Shown: piece after piece, positions 21,101 through 30,817 of the stretch
Numbering within the stretch: position 1 is the first letter of the stretch
How the letters are laid out: each line of letters starts with the position of its first letter
IMG/VR virus record: IMGVR_UViG_3300032296_002452
Location: 2,006-66,005 of that record
Direction: 5' to 3' (one strand)
DNA: 64,000 bases
DNA from: a virus
Lineage: Duplodnaviria > Caudoviricetes
Translations under genes and position numbers: made by a program
Notes under the pieces: model-generated
Databases searched by the model: none
What the model was told of the DNA's origin: nothing
Seen by the model: the letters and a program-made list of their open reading frames with translations, nothing else

Positions 21101-22108
21101 TTATGCGATTTCACTTTCTTGTTCCGTTAGAACAAAATCTCCGTCCAATCCAATGATTTGGTTCCAATATTCGGCATGTTCTTTTTTGTATGCCTCTATT
21201 GATGCCTTTTCTTCAGCGGCGTCTTTACCCGCCAAGAATCCATGTGGTGTTACAATAATTTTTCCGTCCTCATAACCCAAACCGTTAATGTGATTTTTCA
21301 ATACAGATACTTTAGTTCTGATTGCGAATTTAACAGTTCTTTTGTCTTTTGTTGCGGAAATTTTATTTGTCCCCGCACCTTTTTGATTACCGAACAAAAA
21401 TACTAAAGATGAGTTCAACCAAATTGCTTCACCACCCTTTGCCTTAATCTTAGGTTGACCAAAAGGATTGTCGGGTAGTTCCACCCAAGGTTGGTTGATA
21501 ATAATCAGTGTATTCTCGTATTTTGAATCTGACTTACGTGAACCTGAAATACGTTGGTTGATACCCATACCAATTTTGTCGGCAAGAACCGCTGCGTTGT
21601 GTTGTTTACCACCTTTACCTTCGTAAGTCATCTTACATGGTACAGAACCTACTGAGTCCCAAATAAAACACAAACTATAATCCAATTCACCCTTCTCTTG
21701 AGCATCGAGTAAACTATTGATATAATCGGTAATTTGTTCGATGTAATTAAAGTTGTTATTGAATATATAGAATCCGTCCCAATCCGCTTCACCCGTTTCT
21801 TCGTCAACAATTTCACTACATTCAAAACCCATAAGTTGTGCGTGTTCAAAACTCCACTTTTGTTCAGTAATAATGAATACAGGAAGAATACCCATTTTTT
21901 GTGCCGCCACAGCCGATTTAACTGCCGCAGTTGTTTTACCTGTGTCAGAGTGACCCAAGAACATATTTAAATGTCCTATTGCAGGACCTGGTAGTCCAAC
22001 CGCATCCAAAAAATCTTTTCCTAAATCAAGGAACTTTTGCGGTTTGTATTTTGCGGAGCTTGAAAATTGTTTTTTAATGTCTCCGAATTCTTTTTTCTTA
22101 ATCGCCAT
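21101..22108 (-). CDS. recA: RecA/UvsX-like recombinase
   Basis: Walker A GHSDTGKT, FIWDSVG, IIINQ, KGGEAIWLNSS, VLKNH; adjacent to SSB. Confidence 0.8.
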   Translation of the reverse strand: MAIKKKEFGDIKKQFSSSAKYKPQKFLDLGKDFLDAVGLPGPAIGHLNMFLGHSDTGKTTAAVKSAVAAQKMGILPVFIITEQKWSFEHAQLMGFECSEIVDEETGEADWDGFYIFNNNFNYIEQITDYINSLLDAQEKGELDYSLCFIWDSVGSVPCKMTYEGKGGKQHNAAVLADKIGMGINQRISGSRKSDSKYENTLIIINQPWVELPDNPFGQPKIKAKGGEAIWLNSSLVFLFGNQKGAGTNKISATKDKRTVKFAIRTKVSVLKNHINGLGYEDGKIIVTPHGFLAGKDAAEEKASIEAYKKEHAEYWNQIIGLDGDFVLTEQESEIA

Positions 22109-22135
22109 TGTCTATGTGTGTATTATTTTTTTATT

Positions 22136-22181
22136 AAAAATAAAGAGCATAGACACTATGTCTATGTAAGTGTCTATGCTC
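22136..22181 (-). terminator. Intrinsic terminator-like hairpin between the SSB and recA genes
   Basis: Perfect 13-bp stem GAGCATAGACACT/AGTGTCTATGCTC with an 11-nt loop, followed by TTTATTTTT. Confidence 0.7.
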
Positions 22182-22188
22182 AGTTAAA

Positions 22189-23031
22189 TTAGAATGGTAA
22201 ATCCTCGTCAGGGTCAGCTCCCGCTTGTGGGTCTGTGTAAGAACTCATTTCTTTGTTCCCACCCATGGTCATGATTGCCTCATCACCATATACCCATTTC
22301 TGAGTTTCGGGGTTCCACTTTGGAACTTCTCCACGTGAGATAGCCTCAAGATATTCTACGGGTTTTTTAGAATATACGTCACTCCATACCAAGTCATCTT
22401 CCAACCAAGATTTCATGGTCTCAGCTTCTGTGTGTAGTGGTGATGGGTCATCGTGCATTACGGTTTGAATTGTGGTGTAAGGTTTACCCGCGTTTGTTTT
22501 AGACTTAGAAAGTTGTATGATAAGGTCTCTTCCTGAATTTGCGTCGGTGATGTCACCTTTTGCTCTCCAAATTGGAATGATTTTATCCAAAACGCCTTCT
22601 TTCTTGTAGTTGTCCTTGAATCTCCAAAACTTAACACCTTCGTGTTCTTTGTCTCGGTCGATAACCTTTACGATGTAAAACTTACGTGATTTGTACTGTT
22701 TAGCAAGTTCCTTGTCGGAATCTTTACCTGTGGACATTAGTTCTTCGTAAACTTCGTTCAATGGTGAACGTTCGTTGTCATTTTTACCGGGGTCATACAA
22801 TTTTGTCCATTTCCCGTCGATTTGAATTTCATGGTACCAAACCTCTTTAAAAGGTGAGCTACCGTCTTTTGTTGGAAGGATGCGTACTCTACGTTGTCCT
22901 TGTGATTCATTGTCTAAAAGGATACATGCAAAATACTTTTTCATTCTTTCCTCTTGTGACATTCTGTCTTCGCCAAAGTTAGCCGTGTTTTTTTCATACT
23001 GCGCCAATACTGAATCTAATACATTACTCAT
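22189..23031 (-). CDS. Single-stranded DNA-binding protein (T4 gp32-like)
   Basis: VRILP, FYIVKVIDRD...GVKFWRF, DITDANSGRDL, acidic tail ending DEDLPF. Confidence 0.85.
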   Translation of the reverse strand: MSNVLDSVLAQYEKNTANFGEDRMSQEERMKKYFACILLDNESQGQRRVRILPTKDGSSPFKEVWYHEIQIDGKWTKLYDPGKNDNERSPLNEVYEELMSTGKDSDKELAKQYKSRKFYIVKVIDRDKEHEGVKFWRFKDNYKKEGVLDKIIPIWRAKGDITDANSGRDLIIQLSKSKTNAGKPYTTIQTVMHDDPSPLHTEAETMKSWLEDDLVWSDVYSKKPVEYLEAISRGEVPKWNPETQKWVYGDEAIMTMGGNKEMSSYTDPQAGADPDEDLPF

Positions 23032-23058
23032 GATAAATTTTGTTTTAAGTGTTTATAA

Positions 23059-23087
23059 ATTATAGTTGTTAATTTTCCGTTTGTCAA
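23059..23087 (-). promoter_or_regulatory. Consensus sigma70-type promoter TTGACA-N17-TATAAT driving the replication block
   Basis: Minus strand TTGACA (23087-23082), 17-nt spacer, TATAAT (23064-23059), 28 nt upstream of the SSB ATG. Confidence 0.75.
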
Positions 23088-23125
23088 ATTCGCCAAGTTT
23101 TTATTTTCTGTTATAAAAGTATAAT

Positions 23126-23155
23126 AAAAAAAGGGAAGATTTACACCTTCCCTTT
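23126..23155 (-). terminator. Intrinsic terminator ending the upstream structural operon
   Basis: AAAGGGAAG-N8-CTTCCCTTT followed by a T run, just after the stop at 23162. Confidence 0.75.
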
Positions 23156-23161
23156 AGTATT

Positions 23162-23842
23162 TTAGTTACTGTTGTAGTTCCGTGTGTTAAGTGAAGGTAA
23201 TCCCGATGCAAATGTTTTTTTAATTTCATTTGGTGAAAAATTCTGAACTTCATCACTTGTTAAAACATATTCATTTTTTCCCGATTTTTCCATGTCAGAC
23301 ATTTTATCGGTAAAAAAATCGGATAATTTTTGATTGTATGGACCTGAATCCAAAGTTCTTAATTCCAATCTTTCTTCAGGTGTTTTTTCTCTATATTTAT
23401 CCAACTTAGTTTCAATATCATTTAGTTTTTGAACTAGTCCGTCCATCTCACCTAATTTAGATTGTAAACCTTCTAGTTGTTTAAATAGGGAGTCAAAATA
23501 CTCTTCTTGTTTTGTTTCTATATTTTTTTGACTACTAACTAAATCAGTAATTTCTAATTCTTCAGTTTCACCCCCTTTTTCCTCCGACTCACCTTTACTA
23601 TCAATTTTTTCAACGTCTTTATCCGCTTCAACATCAATAATGGATGGTGTTGCGGGAGCCGGAGCCGCACCGGGGGTGTCGGGAGGTGCCGGTATGTCTC
23701 CACCTGGAGGTGGTGGAACGTCACCAGCCGGCTCGGGAATTACTTCTGCGGGAGGCGGTGGTGGAGCGTCTTGTTCAAAAATGTATTTATTGATAGAATT
23801 ATATCTAGCAATTTCTTTAAGTATTTTTTCGTCTGTTTTCAT
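23162..23842 (-). CDS. Pro-rich acidic coiled-coil protein (226 aa), possible internal head / scaffold-type protein
   Basis: N-terminal ILKE...YIFEQ, PPPP-rich linker, C-terminal coiled coil. Confidence 0.55.
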   Translation of the reverse strand: MKTDEKILKEIARYNSINKYIFEQDAPPPPPAEVIPEPAGDVPPPPGGDIPAPPDTPGAAPAPATPSIIDVEADKDVEKIDSKGESEEKGGETEELEITDLVSSQKNIETKQEEYFDSLFKQLEGLQSKLGEMDGLVQKLNDIETKLDKYREKTPEERLELRTLDSGPYNQKLSDFFTDKMSDMEKSGKNEYVLTSDEVQNFSPNEIKKTFASGLPSLNTRNYNSN

Positions 23843-23845
23843 TTT

Positions 23846-24070
23846 TTAATCAACCAATAACTGTTTAACCCCCATTGGAGTTTCAACTTGAACTCTTCTG
23901 TTTATTTTTTTTGTGTTATCAAATCTTTCAATAAGACCGTCCTTTACACTAACAGTATAGCAATCACCCGTTTCTAAATCGCAAACTTGTGATGTTCCAT
24001 CCCCATTTGGTTTTTCACTATATTTGGTGTTTTTACCCAAATAGTTATCTAATATGTTTTTTACACTCAT
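23846..24070 (-). CDS. Hypothetical protein (74 aa)
   Basis: ORF preceded by TATTTATA (24087-24094) and packed against the next gene. Confidence 0.6.
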   Translation of the reverse strand: MSVKNILDNYLGKNTKYSEKPNGDGTSQVCDLETGDCYTVSVKDGLIERFDNTKKINRRVQVETPMGVKQLLVD

Positions 24071-24102
24071 AACAATTTTATTTACTTATAAATATCTCGT
24101 TA

Positions 24103-27100
24103 TTATAAAAGAGAATTCTTTTTCATTATGGTTATCGTCTCAGTTGCCTTTGTCAATAACGTATTGTACTCGTTTGTGTTCGCAGTAATCCACTTATCAA
24201 GTTCTTCCACAGTTTTAAATCTCTCTGTTGGCCAATACCTAACGTAAGTTAAACTTAACGGTCCTGAATAAGAATCAACTCCATTAGCCCAATAAGCGGC
24301 ATAGGTTGCCACTTTACCTGTGTAGAAACTGACGGCAAATCTAATAAAATTAGTTAAATTAGCGAAATCTAAATATGGTCTTACGTTACCTGAAGAATCT
24401 GATAAACAAAAATAATTTGGTGAAAATAAAGTATTCAAACTACCACCATATTTAATATTTTCATATAGGTATCCACCAGCTGCGGCACCTCCGTAATTAC
24501 TATTAAACCCATAAAATCTTTCATCTTTTACTCCATTCAAATACATAGTATAAAAAACACATGCAATAACTCTTGGGTCTGATGTGTATTGTTTTATAAT
24601 GTTAGCAACCTCAGAATAAGATGCGGTAGTTGGTATTGTTTCAACACCTACAAATCTATTGTAATTTGGACTAAGTGATGTAAAGCAAGTTGATGATGGT
24701 TCCGCCTTATAGTTCTGATTAGGGTTTATTGAATTACCAACTGTCGTAATATTTGGTGAAGGATTACCAGGTATTTGTTCGTTTTGTCTTTTTCTTCTAA
24801 CTTCTAAAATTAAATCGTTAAGTATATTTTGATTTAAACTAGCGATTTGGTCGTTTATTTTTGGAAGTGAGTATGTTGGCATTCTAACTCCCTTAAATGT
24901 GGTTCTAAAATTACCCGAATCTATTTGATGACTTACAGACTGTATCATGTATGGTCCATTAAACATAGGAACGTGTCTCAAGTTAAAGTACATCGTTGGT
25001 TGAATCATAGCGTTACCTAAACATTCGATAGAGCATTCGTAAGACCTATTTTTATATATGTTGTACAAACTAACACTTTGTACAAAAGATTTTCTTCCAC
25101 CGGCTGCGTTGACCATTTCGGTAAGTTGTTTGTTTGCCTCAGTGGTTGCCGCAAATTGGACTTGGTCTAATGTTATATTATAAAACATAGATTGATTTCT
25201 ATTACCCATATCAACATTAAATCCAACAACTTTATTTGTAACCGACCAGTTGTTTTTATCTATTAGTTTTTCTAATAGTGGGTTGTCTTGAGCTCTAGCC
25301 AACGCAAAAGTGTCTCCTTGGAATCTAACATCAGCATTGTCTTTCATGTCTAAATGTTCTGATGGTTTTCCCGCATAAAAACAAACCAATTTTGGTGAGG
25401 ATAGTCTAGTGTCGACCTCAGTAAATGTACCAAACAAGGAATTAGCCAAATCTAAACTACCTTCAGCAACAGGAGGTGTATTTGGTCTAATATCATTTAT
25501 GCCCCAAAAATTTATGTATGAAGCCATCGGCATCATAAAGAATTTGTTTTCGGCAATTATTTTAGACAACATGTCTATTACTCTAGCGTTTTGATTAGAA
25601 TCTGAAAACAAATAAGCTTTCAAACCAAATACATCAAAGTACACTTTATCACCAATGTCTCTATTTGCCCTATCTAAAAATAAAACATCTTCTAATAAAG
25701 TTTTTTCTTTATAGTCATTTCCCGCAATCCATTTATCATTAAACGCTTTGAAGGTTTCCCAATATTCGATTTTTGGTTGTGACCCTTCTATTGCGGAATT
25801 TATTGGTTTTATATTAACACTGTCAATATTAGGTAATTGTCTCTGTAATTTAAAAAACAACTGTGTTAAAGTTTGTGAAACATAATCATCTTTCTCATTA
25901 ATAAAGTCTGTTATGTCACTTGTAAAAGACGCACTGTTGTATCCACCATTATTTGATAGTTTTTGGGTTCCGTATATTTTTATCAAAGGCGCAAATTGTT
26001 GTACGTTTGCGGCGGTAAACTGAACATTATTATCAATAAAAAAGTCAGTATAGTAAGAACCTTGGTCTGAGTATCGTAAATCAGGTATTGACGAGAATCC
26101 TACATTAGTGTACATCGCTTTCCAAGCATCGGGGAATAAAAGTTCAGACTGTACTAATGTTGTCGCCCCATCACCAGGCAAACTGTTTTTAACATACCCC
26201 GCATATTGTATTGGGTCGACTATTTTTGGGTTTGAGAACGTACCAAAAATTTGTCTATTATACTCACCGGGATTTCCGTATTTAAACGTTATATTGTAAT
26301 TTAAAATACTTTCTATTTGATTTCCTATATTTTTAACCTGATTATTAGACAGTCTTTGTATATAATCTTCACCACCTAAAGTATTTGGTACTTCATCAAC
26401 TAATAATAAGGACGTTAAACATGACTGAAAATTAGTTGCCACCGGATTTAATCCCAAAGAAGGGGCTTCAATGTCATTTAAGTCTCTACAATAATTTAAA
26501 AATTCTTTTTCAAATTCGTCTAAAATTTGTTTTTTAAATGTACCGAATATATCTTCAATTTTACTATACTTGTTTGTGTCACCAAATAAAGACATAGCAT
26601 TTTGAATTTCAGTATCATCTAATATTTCATTCAGATATGCGTCAGGTGGGGGTAACGGTATTTGGGTTGTATCAAAATATCCGTAAACCGGTGCACCCCA
26701 AAACAATCTAGAGGAACCATTATATACCGCAGAGTTGTTTACTATATCTTGTCCCGGTCTTAATACAAAGTTGTTACCATCTCTTTCAAATATTTCATAT
26801 TTGGCTTGGTTTATTGTTGACCCAAACGATGGGAATATTATGGTTTTAAATTTTTGACTGGCGGCAAATTCTTTTCTGTTTTTTATATCAAATGATGAAT
26901 ACCATGACTTAGAGTTAAGTGATGTATTAGGTATTGTTGGATTGTATCCTACAGGTTCATTTATTGAGGCATTTCTTGAGTAACCCAAATTTAACCCTAA
27001 ACTAACGGCGTATTGAATGTCGGAATCCGTATAAGTGGTAAATAAATCCAAACCAGACACAAAGTAAAATATATCATTTATTAGTTTTGGATAAAATCCA

Positions 27101-30100
27101 ACATTAATAACCGTTTGGTTTACAGTAGGACCAGAAACGGTTTTTTCTAACGTAATTTCTTCGACCCTTGTTTTACCTGTTAAAGTATATGTTTTTGTTG
27201 GTGAATTGGTAACCGGGTCAAAATTATTAACATAATTTGTTGATGTCCAAACGGGTGCTATTATGTCGTTACCCGTTTCAATAAAAGTTTTATATCTATG
27301 CCAAATTGCCCCGTACTTAAGAACCCAAGCGTATGGTAAATTGTGTACCGCACCAAATTTTTTAAGTGTTGCAAATATATAGTCTAATTTTTTCTCTTCA
27401 GAACTTGCAGGGTCTTTCCATGTATTTGGTTCTGAATTGTATTTTTCTCTCAAAGTGGCCAAAGGTAAACTATTAAGGAAAAGGTACGCCGCTTCAACGT
27501 ACGGATACTGAACCCCTATTGTTTTTGATTTTTGTACACCTAATTGTAATGCATTTATAAAATAAGGTGTGTTTAACATTGACACTGTTTGTGTACCCAC
27601 AACTCCAACATTAGGACTTTCAGGATATTCTAACAAACCTTCAGTTGGTAATAATTTTTTTTCTTGTACTCTGTTTATATAAAATTCATCAAAATTTCTA
27701 ACCACAGGGGTATTGTTGTTTTGATAATTGTAATTAGTATAAGGTCGATTGTATGTTTCCCAAAAAGAAACATCGTAGTTTGAAATAATTTTTTTGTCTG
27801 TGTTTAGGACTAAACTAAGTTTTGTTTCATATCTATCTTGCGCCGTGTTTTGTCCGTTGGCCAAGTTACTTTGAGACCAAGACAAATCGGTAAAAGGAGC
27901 GGTGTCTAAAAAGTCGGTTTCGTTTGAAACACTACTTTCTAAGTATTCGGTTATCTTATTTAATGAGTTTGCATTTTCTGCGGTTGACACCGAACCACCC
28001 CCCAATGAAGATATTGGGTCAATACTAAAATCTTTTTCAACATATCCTCTAATATATCTCGTATTGTATAGTCCTCTAATAAAAGACTGCCAATTTAAAC
28101 CTGTTCCTTGGTTCGATATTGTCTGTAAAAACTGAAGATAATTTCCACCCGAAATGGCGTATTCTTTAAGTTTTTTAGACAAATACGGATTACTAACACC
28201 CAAAGAATCTACGATGTTTATCGCCTCTAAATCTGAATGAATTTTATAAATTTCAAAATCAAATCCACCAGGTTTTGATAATCTTTCAAAATACGCCCCC
28301 ATTAAAATTCTTTCATATATTTCGTAAAAGTATTTTACCTCTTCTTTGTCGGTATATGGAATATTACTTGTTGGGAATTCTACGGCGTTTAAGGTTATTC
28401 TTAATACGGTTTCGGATTCATTACTGTCTCCGTTAGGGTCGTTTGTTTCTAATCTCTCAGAATACGCTTTGATGTATTCTTCAACAAACTCAACCTCAGG
28501 CCAAACAAAATAGTTATTACCTTTTGTTTTAGACACTTCTTTAGGGTCTCCAGGATATCTTAATTCAAACCTTTCATCTCCGTCTACATCAACTTCAACA
28601 AAATATTGCGGCCATGGATAAACAGGTATTAAAGTGTCCCCGCTTATACCAACACTATTTTTGGCATCCACACTATTACTTTTGTCGGGCGGTAAAATTG
28701 CTGCCTTTCTATCTTTATGAAATCTTTTATCCCAAGCGTCTCTATGAACATCATCTAATAACCTGTAAAAACCCTCAACTGAAGCAAATATAACGGCAAA
28801 CAAATTTCTAAGTGTTGGTTTGAATCCCAATCCATTTGGTCCTTCAAGTTTTTCTCTTAGTTTATCTTGAAGAGCAACTTCAACTTCTTGTCTTAACTTA
28901 GATATATCACTGAACATTTTATTAGAAAGTTCACCAAATGAACCAACACCATCAAAGACAAAGAGATAATTTTTAACGGTGGACACGCCAGCCGAGTTTG
29001 TAAAATTTGTTCCTTGTAATAATCCCGAAAAACCGCTGTCAATTTTAAACTGTTGTAATTCTATACTAATTGTTTCACCTGTAGTACCTGACACAGAACT
29101 ATATCTTGGCGGTCTTTTTTTAACCTGTGTAAAAGTTTCAATCCAATTTATTTCGTTATCGCTTGGTGTAACTATTAAATCGTTTAAGTCAATAGGATTG
29201 GTAATACTTGATGGTATTTTTTGACCGTTAATTTCGTAGGTACCATCCTTACCACACGTTGGGTTTTCGGACAAAGTTTTATTATAGTTTTGAATAATCC
29301 TTTCTAAATATGAAATTGCATCTATTTTACCTTGGTCGGTTAAATATTCTTTTTTAAGAACAAAAAGTTTTCTATCTTTATTATCAATAAAATAGTTGTT
29401 TTGGTCTATATATTTACCCAAAAAAGAATCGTCCAATCCACTAGATACGTCAGTAACATATTCACCTAAAGTTTTATTATATGAATCAATATCTGATAGT
29501 GGAGTAAAATCCGCCTGTCCAAAAGATGCAAGTATATTAGTTTCGAGTGCGTCTAATCTTTGGTTTAACTCATACAATGTTAACTCAGGGAAATCCGGTG
29601 ATATAAGTTTTTGTTCTTTATATCTTGAGTAAACTTCATTGATTTTTTGTCTACCTCTAAATACTATCTTGGATTGTAGTGTTTGGTTTGAACTTCCGTT
29701 GGATGTTTGAGCAGCATTTTGTTGTGCGGTACTTGGAGCGTTTTGAGAAATTTCATATTTTGTTTTATACATGAACGGTAGTGCAAATAAAGAACCAACC
29801 GTTGTTTCTGCTAAGACAGTAAATTTATAACCATAAAATTTTAACGCAACTCTGTAGTTTCCTGTTGTACCATCAAAAGAAGCTGAAAAACTAACTAAAT
29901 TTAATTGGTATTTAACCGCCTTTCCGTAAAACCCTTTAATTGTTAAATAAAAAGTGGGGTATGGTAGATTAAAAAATGCGGCATATGGTGATTGGTCACC
30001 CTTTTCAAACAAAGCCCTACCTTGTATATCAATAAGTTGTATGTCGACAACCGGAGTATTTGACCTATCATTGTCAATTTTTATTGACTCAATACCCATT

Positions 30101-30504
30101 ATTCCCGTATCGTAGTTATTTAATATATCTTGTTTGATATAAAACTCGTTAGGTTTTTTTTGGTCTTGAATTACCGTTCTTTGTTTTTGATTTAACCCTT
30201 TTCCTTCTAACGTGTCTTTACCCGTGAATTCATTAGCCCATTCGTCAGTTAAATAATCTTTACCACCAGGTCGTAAAAAATTAATAGACGCAATTTCAAC
30301 ATTTTGAATTGAGTCGTCTAATGGTCTACCCGAAGCTAATTTAGTTCTTGGAATTAATTTAGCCTCTAAGTTAGCGTACATGACCAACTCTTCTTGGTCA
30401 ACTACTCTATCATAAACTTCATTATTGTTGTCAATTATTTTGTTTGGGTCGATAACAACAATATTTTGGTAATCAAATTCAACTAAAATATTCTCATCGG
30501 CCAT
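24103..30504 (-). CDS. Very large baseplate hub protein (gp27 / GpD-like termini; 2133 aa)
   Basis: N-terminal GIESIKI...VDIQLIDIQG and C-terminal CLGNAMIQPTMYFNL...GPYMIQSVSHQI...FRTTFKGVR hub motif; follows the LysM/gp53-like gene. Confidence 0.65.
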   Translation of the reverse strand: MADENILVEFDYQNIVVIDPNKIIDNNNEVYDRVVDQEELVMYANLEAKLIPRTKLASGRPLDDSIQNVEIASINFLRPGGKDYLTDEWANEFTGKDTLEGKGLNQKQRTVIQDQKKPNEFYIKQDILNNYDTGIMGIESIKIDNDRSNTPVVDIQLIDIQGRALFEKGDQSPYAAFFNLPYPTFYLTIKGFYGKAVKYQLNLVSFSASFDGTTGNYRVALKFYGYKFTVLAETTVGSLFALPFMYKTKYEISQNAPSTAQQNAAQTSNGSSNQTLQSKIVFRGRQKINEVYSRYKEQKLISPDFPELTLYELNQRLDALETNILASFGQADFTPLSDIDSYNKTLGEYVTDVSSGLDDSFLGKYIDQNNYFIDNKDRKLFVLKKEYLTDQGKIDAISYLERIIQNYNKTLSENPTCGKDGTYEINGQKIPSSITNPIDLNDLIVTPSDNEINWIETFTQVKKRPPRYSSVSGTTGETISIELQQFKIDSGFSGLLQGTNFTNSAGVSTVKNYLFVFDGVGSFGELSNKMFSDISKLRQEVEVALQDKLREKLEGPNGLGFKPTLRNLFAVIFASVEGFYRLLDDVHRDAWDKRFHKDRKAAILPPDKSNSVDAKNSVGISGDTLIPVYPWPQYFVEVDVDGDERFELRYPGDPKEVSKTKGNNYFVWPEVEFVEEYIKAYSERLETNDPNGDSNESETVLRITLNAVEFPTSNIPYTDKEEVKYFYEIYERILMGAYFERLSKPGGFDFEIYKIHSDLEAINIVDSLGVSNPYLSKKLKEYAISGGNYLQFLQTISNQGTGLNWQSFIRGLYNTRYIRGYVEKDFSIDPISSLGGGSVSTAENANSLNKITEYLESSVSNETDFLDTAPFTDLSWSQSNLANGQNTAQDRYETKLSLVLNTDKKIISNYDVSFWETYNRPYTNYNYQNNNTPVVRNFDEFYINRVQEKKLLPTEGLLEYPESPNVGVVGTQTVSMLNTPYFINALQLGVQKSKTIGVQYPYVEAAYLFLNSLPLATLREKYNSEPNTWKDPASSEEKKLDYIFATLKKFGAVHNLPYAWVLKYGAIWHRYKTFIETGNDIIAPVWTSTNYVNNFDPVTNSPTKTYTLTGKTRVEEITLEKTVSGPTVNQTVINVGFYPKLINDIFYFVSGLDLFTTYTDSDIQYAVSLGLNLGYSRNASINEPVGYNPTIPNTSLNSKSWYSSFDIKNRKEFAASQKFKTIIFPSFGSTINQAKYEIFERDGNNFVLRPGQDIVNNSAVYNGSSRLFWGAPVYGYFDTTQIPLPPPDAYLNEILDDTEIQNAMSLFGDTNKYSKIEDIFGTFKKQILDEFEKEFLNYCRDLNDIEAPSLGLNPVATNFQSCLTSLLLVDEVPNTLGGEDYIQRLSNNQVKNIGNQIESILNYNITFKYGNPGEYNRQIFGTFSNPKIVDPIQYAGYVKNSLPGDGATTLVQSELLFPDAWKAMYTNVGFSSIPDLRYSDQGSYYTDFFIDNNVQFTAANVQQFAPLIKIYGTQKLSNNGGYNSASFTSDITDFINEKDDYVSQTLTQLFFKLQRQLPNIDSVNIKPINSAIEGSQPKIEYWETFKAFNDKWIAGNDYKEKTLLEDVLFLDRANRDIGDKVYFDVFGLKAYLFSDSNQNARVIDMLSKIIAENKFFMMPMASYINFWGINDIRPNTPPVAEGSLDLANSLFGTFTEVDTRLSSPKLVCFYAGKPSEHLDMKDNADVRFQGDTFALARAQDNPLLEKLIDKNNWSVTNKVVGFNVDMGNRNQSMFYNITLDQVQFAATTEANKQLTEMVNAAGGRKSFVQSVSLYNIYKNRSYECSIECLGNAMIQPTMYFNLRHVPMFNGPYMIQSVSHQIDSGNFRTTFKGVRMPTYSLPKINDQIASLNQNILNDLILEVRRKRQNEQIPGNPSPNITTVGNSINPNQNYKAEPSSTCFTSLSPNYNRFVGVETIPTTASYSEVANIIKQYTSDPRVIACVFYTMYLNGVKDERFYGFNSNYGGAAAGGYLYENIKYGGSLNTLFSPNYFCLSDSSGNVRPYLDFANLTNFIRFAVSFYTGKVATYAAYWANGVDSYSGPLSLTYVRYWPTERFKTVEELDKWITANTNEYNTLLTKATETITIMKKNSLL

Positions 30505-30817
30505 AATAATAGAAGTGATTGTCTAATGCGTTTTTATAGTCTTGAAGTGAACCAATCAGAGGATACGGTATCGTAAGTATTGCACCATCGTATATGTTCC
30601 ATTCTAACCCACCAAACTGTGGATTACCCTGTAGAATAAGCCACCCAAAATATGGTGAATTATAGTATTCTTGACTTATTTTATCTAGTCTTGAAATACC
30701 TTCTCTGTAAATGTATCTTTGGTCAGTTGTCTTAGATGGCAAAGTTACATAAGGCACAACTGTCTGTCGACCATTAATCAAGAAATTCAAATACCTATTG
30801 TAATATTGTAACGCCAT
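30494..30817 (-). CDS. LysM-like baseplate wedge protein (T4 gp53 / P2 gpX-like)
   Basis: RLDKISQEYYNSPYFGWLILQGNP...GAILTIP. Confidence 0.8.
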   Translation of the reverse strand: MALQYYNRYLNFLINGRQTVVPYVTLPSKTTDQRYIYREGISRLDKISQEYYNSPYFGWLILQGNPQFGGLEWNIYDGAILTIPYPLIGSLQDYKNALDNHFYYYGR

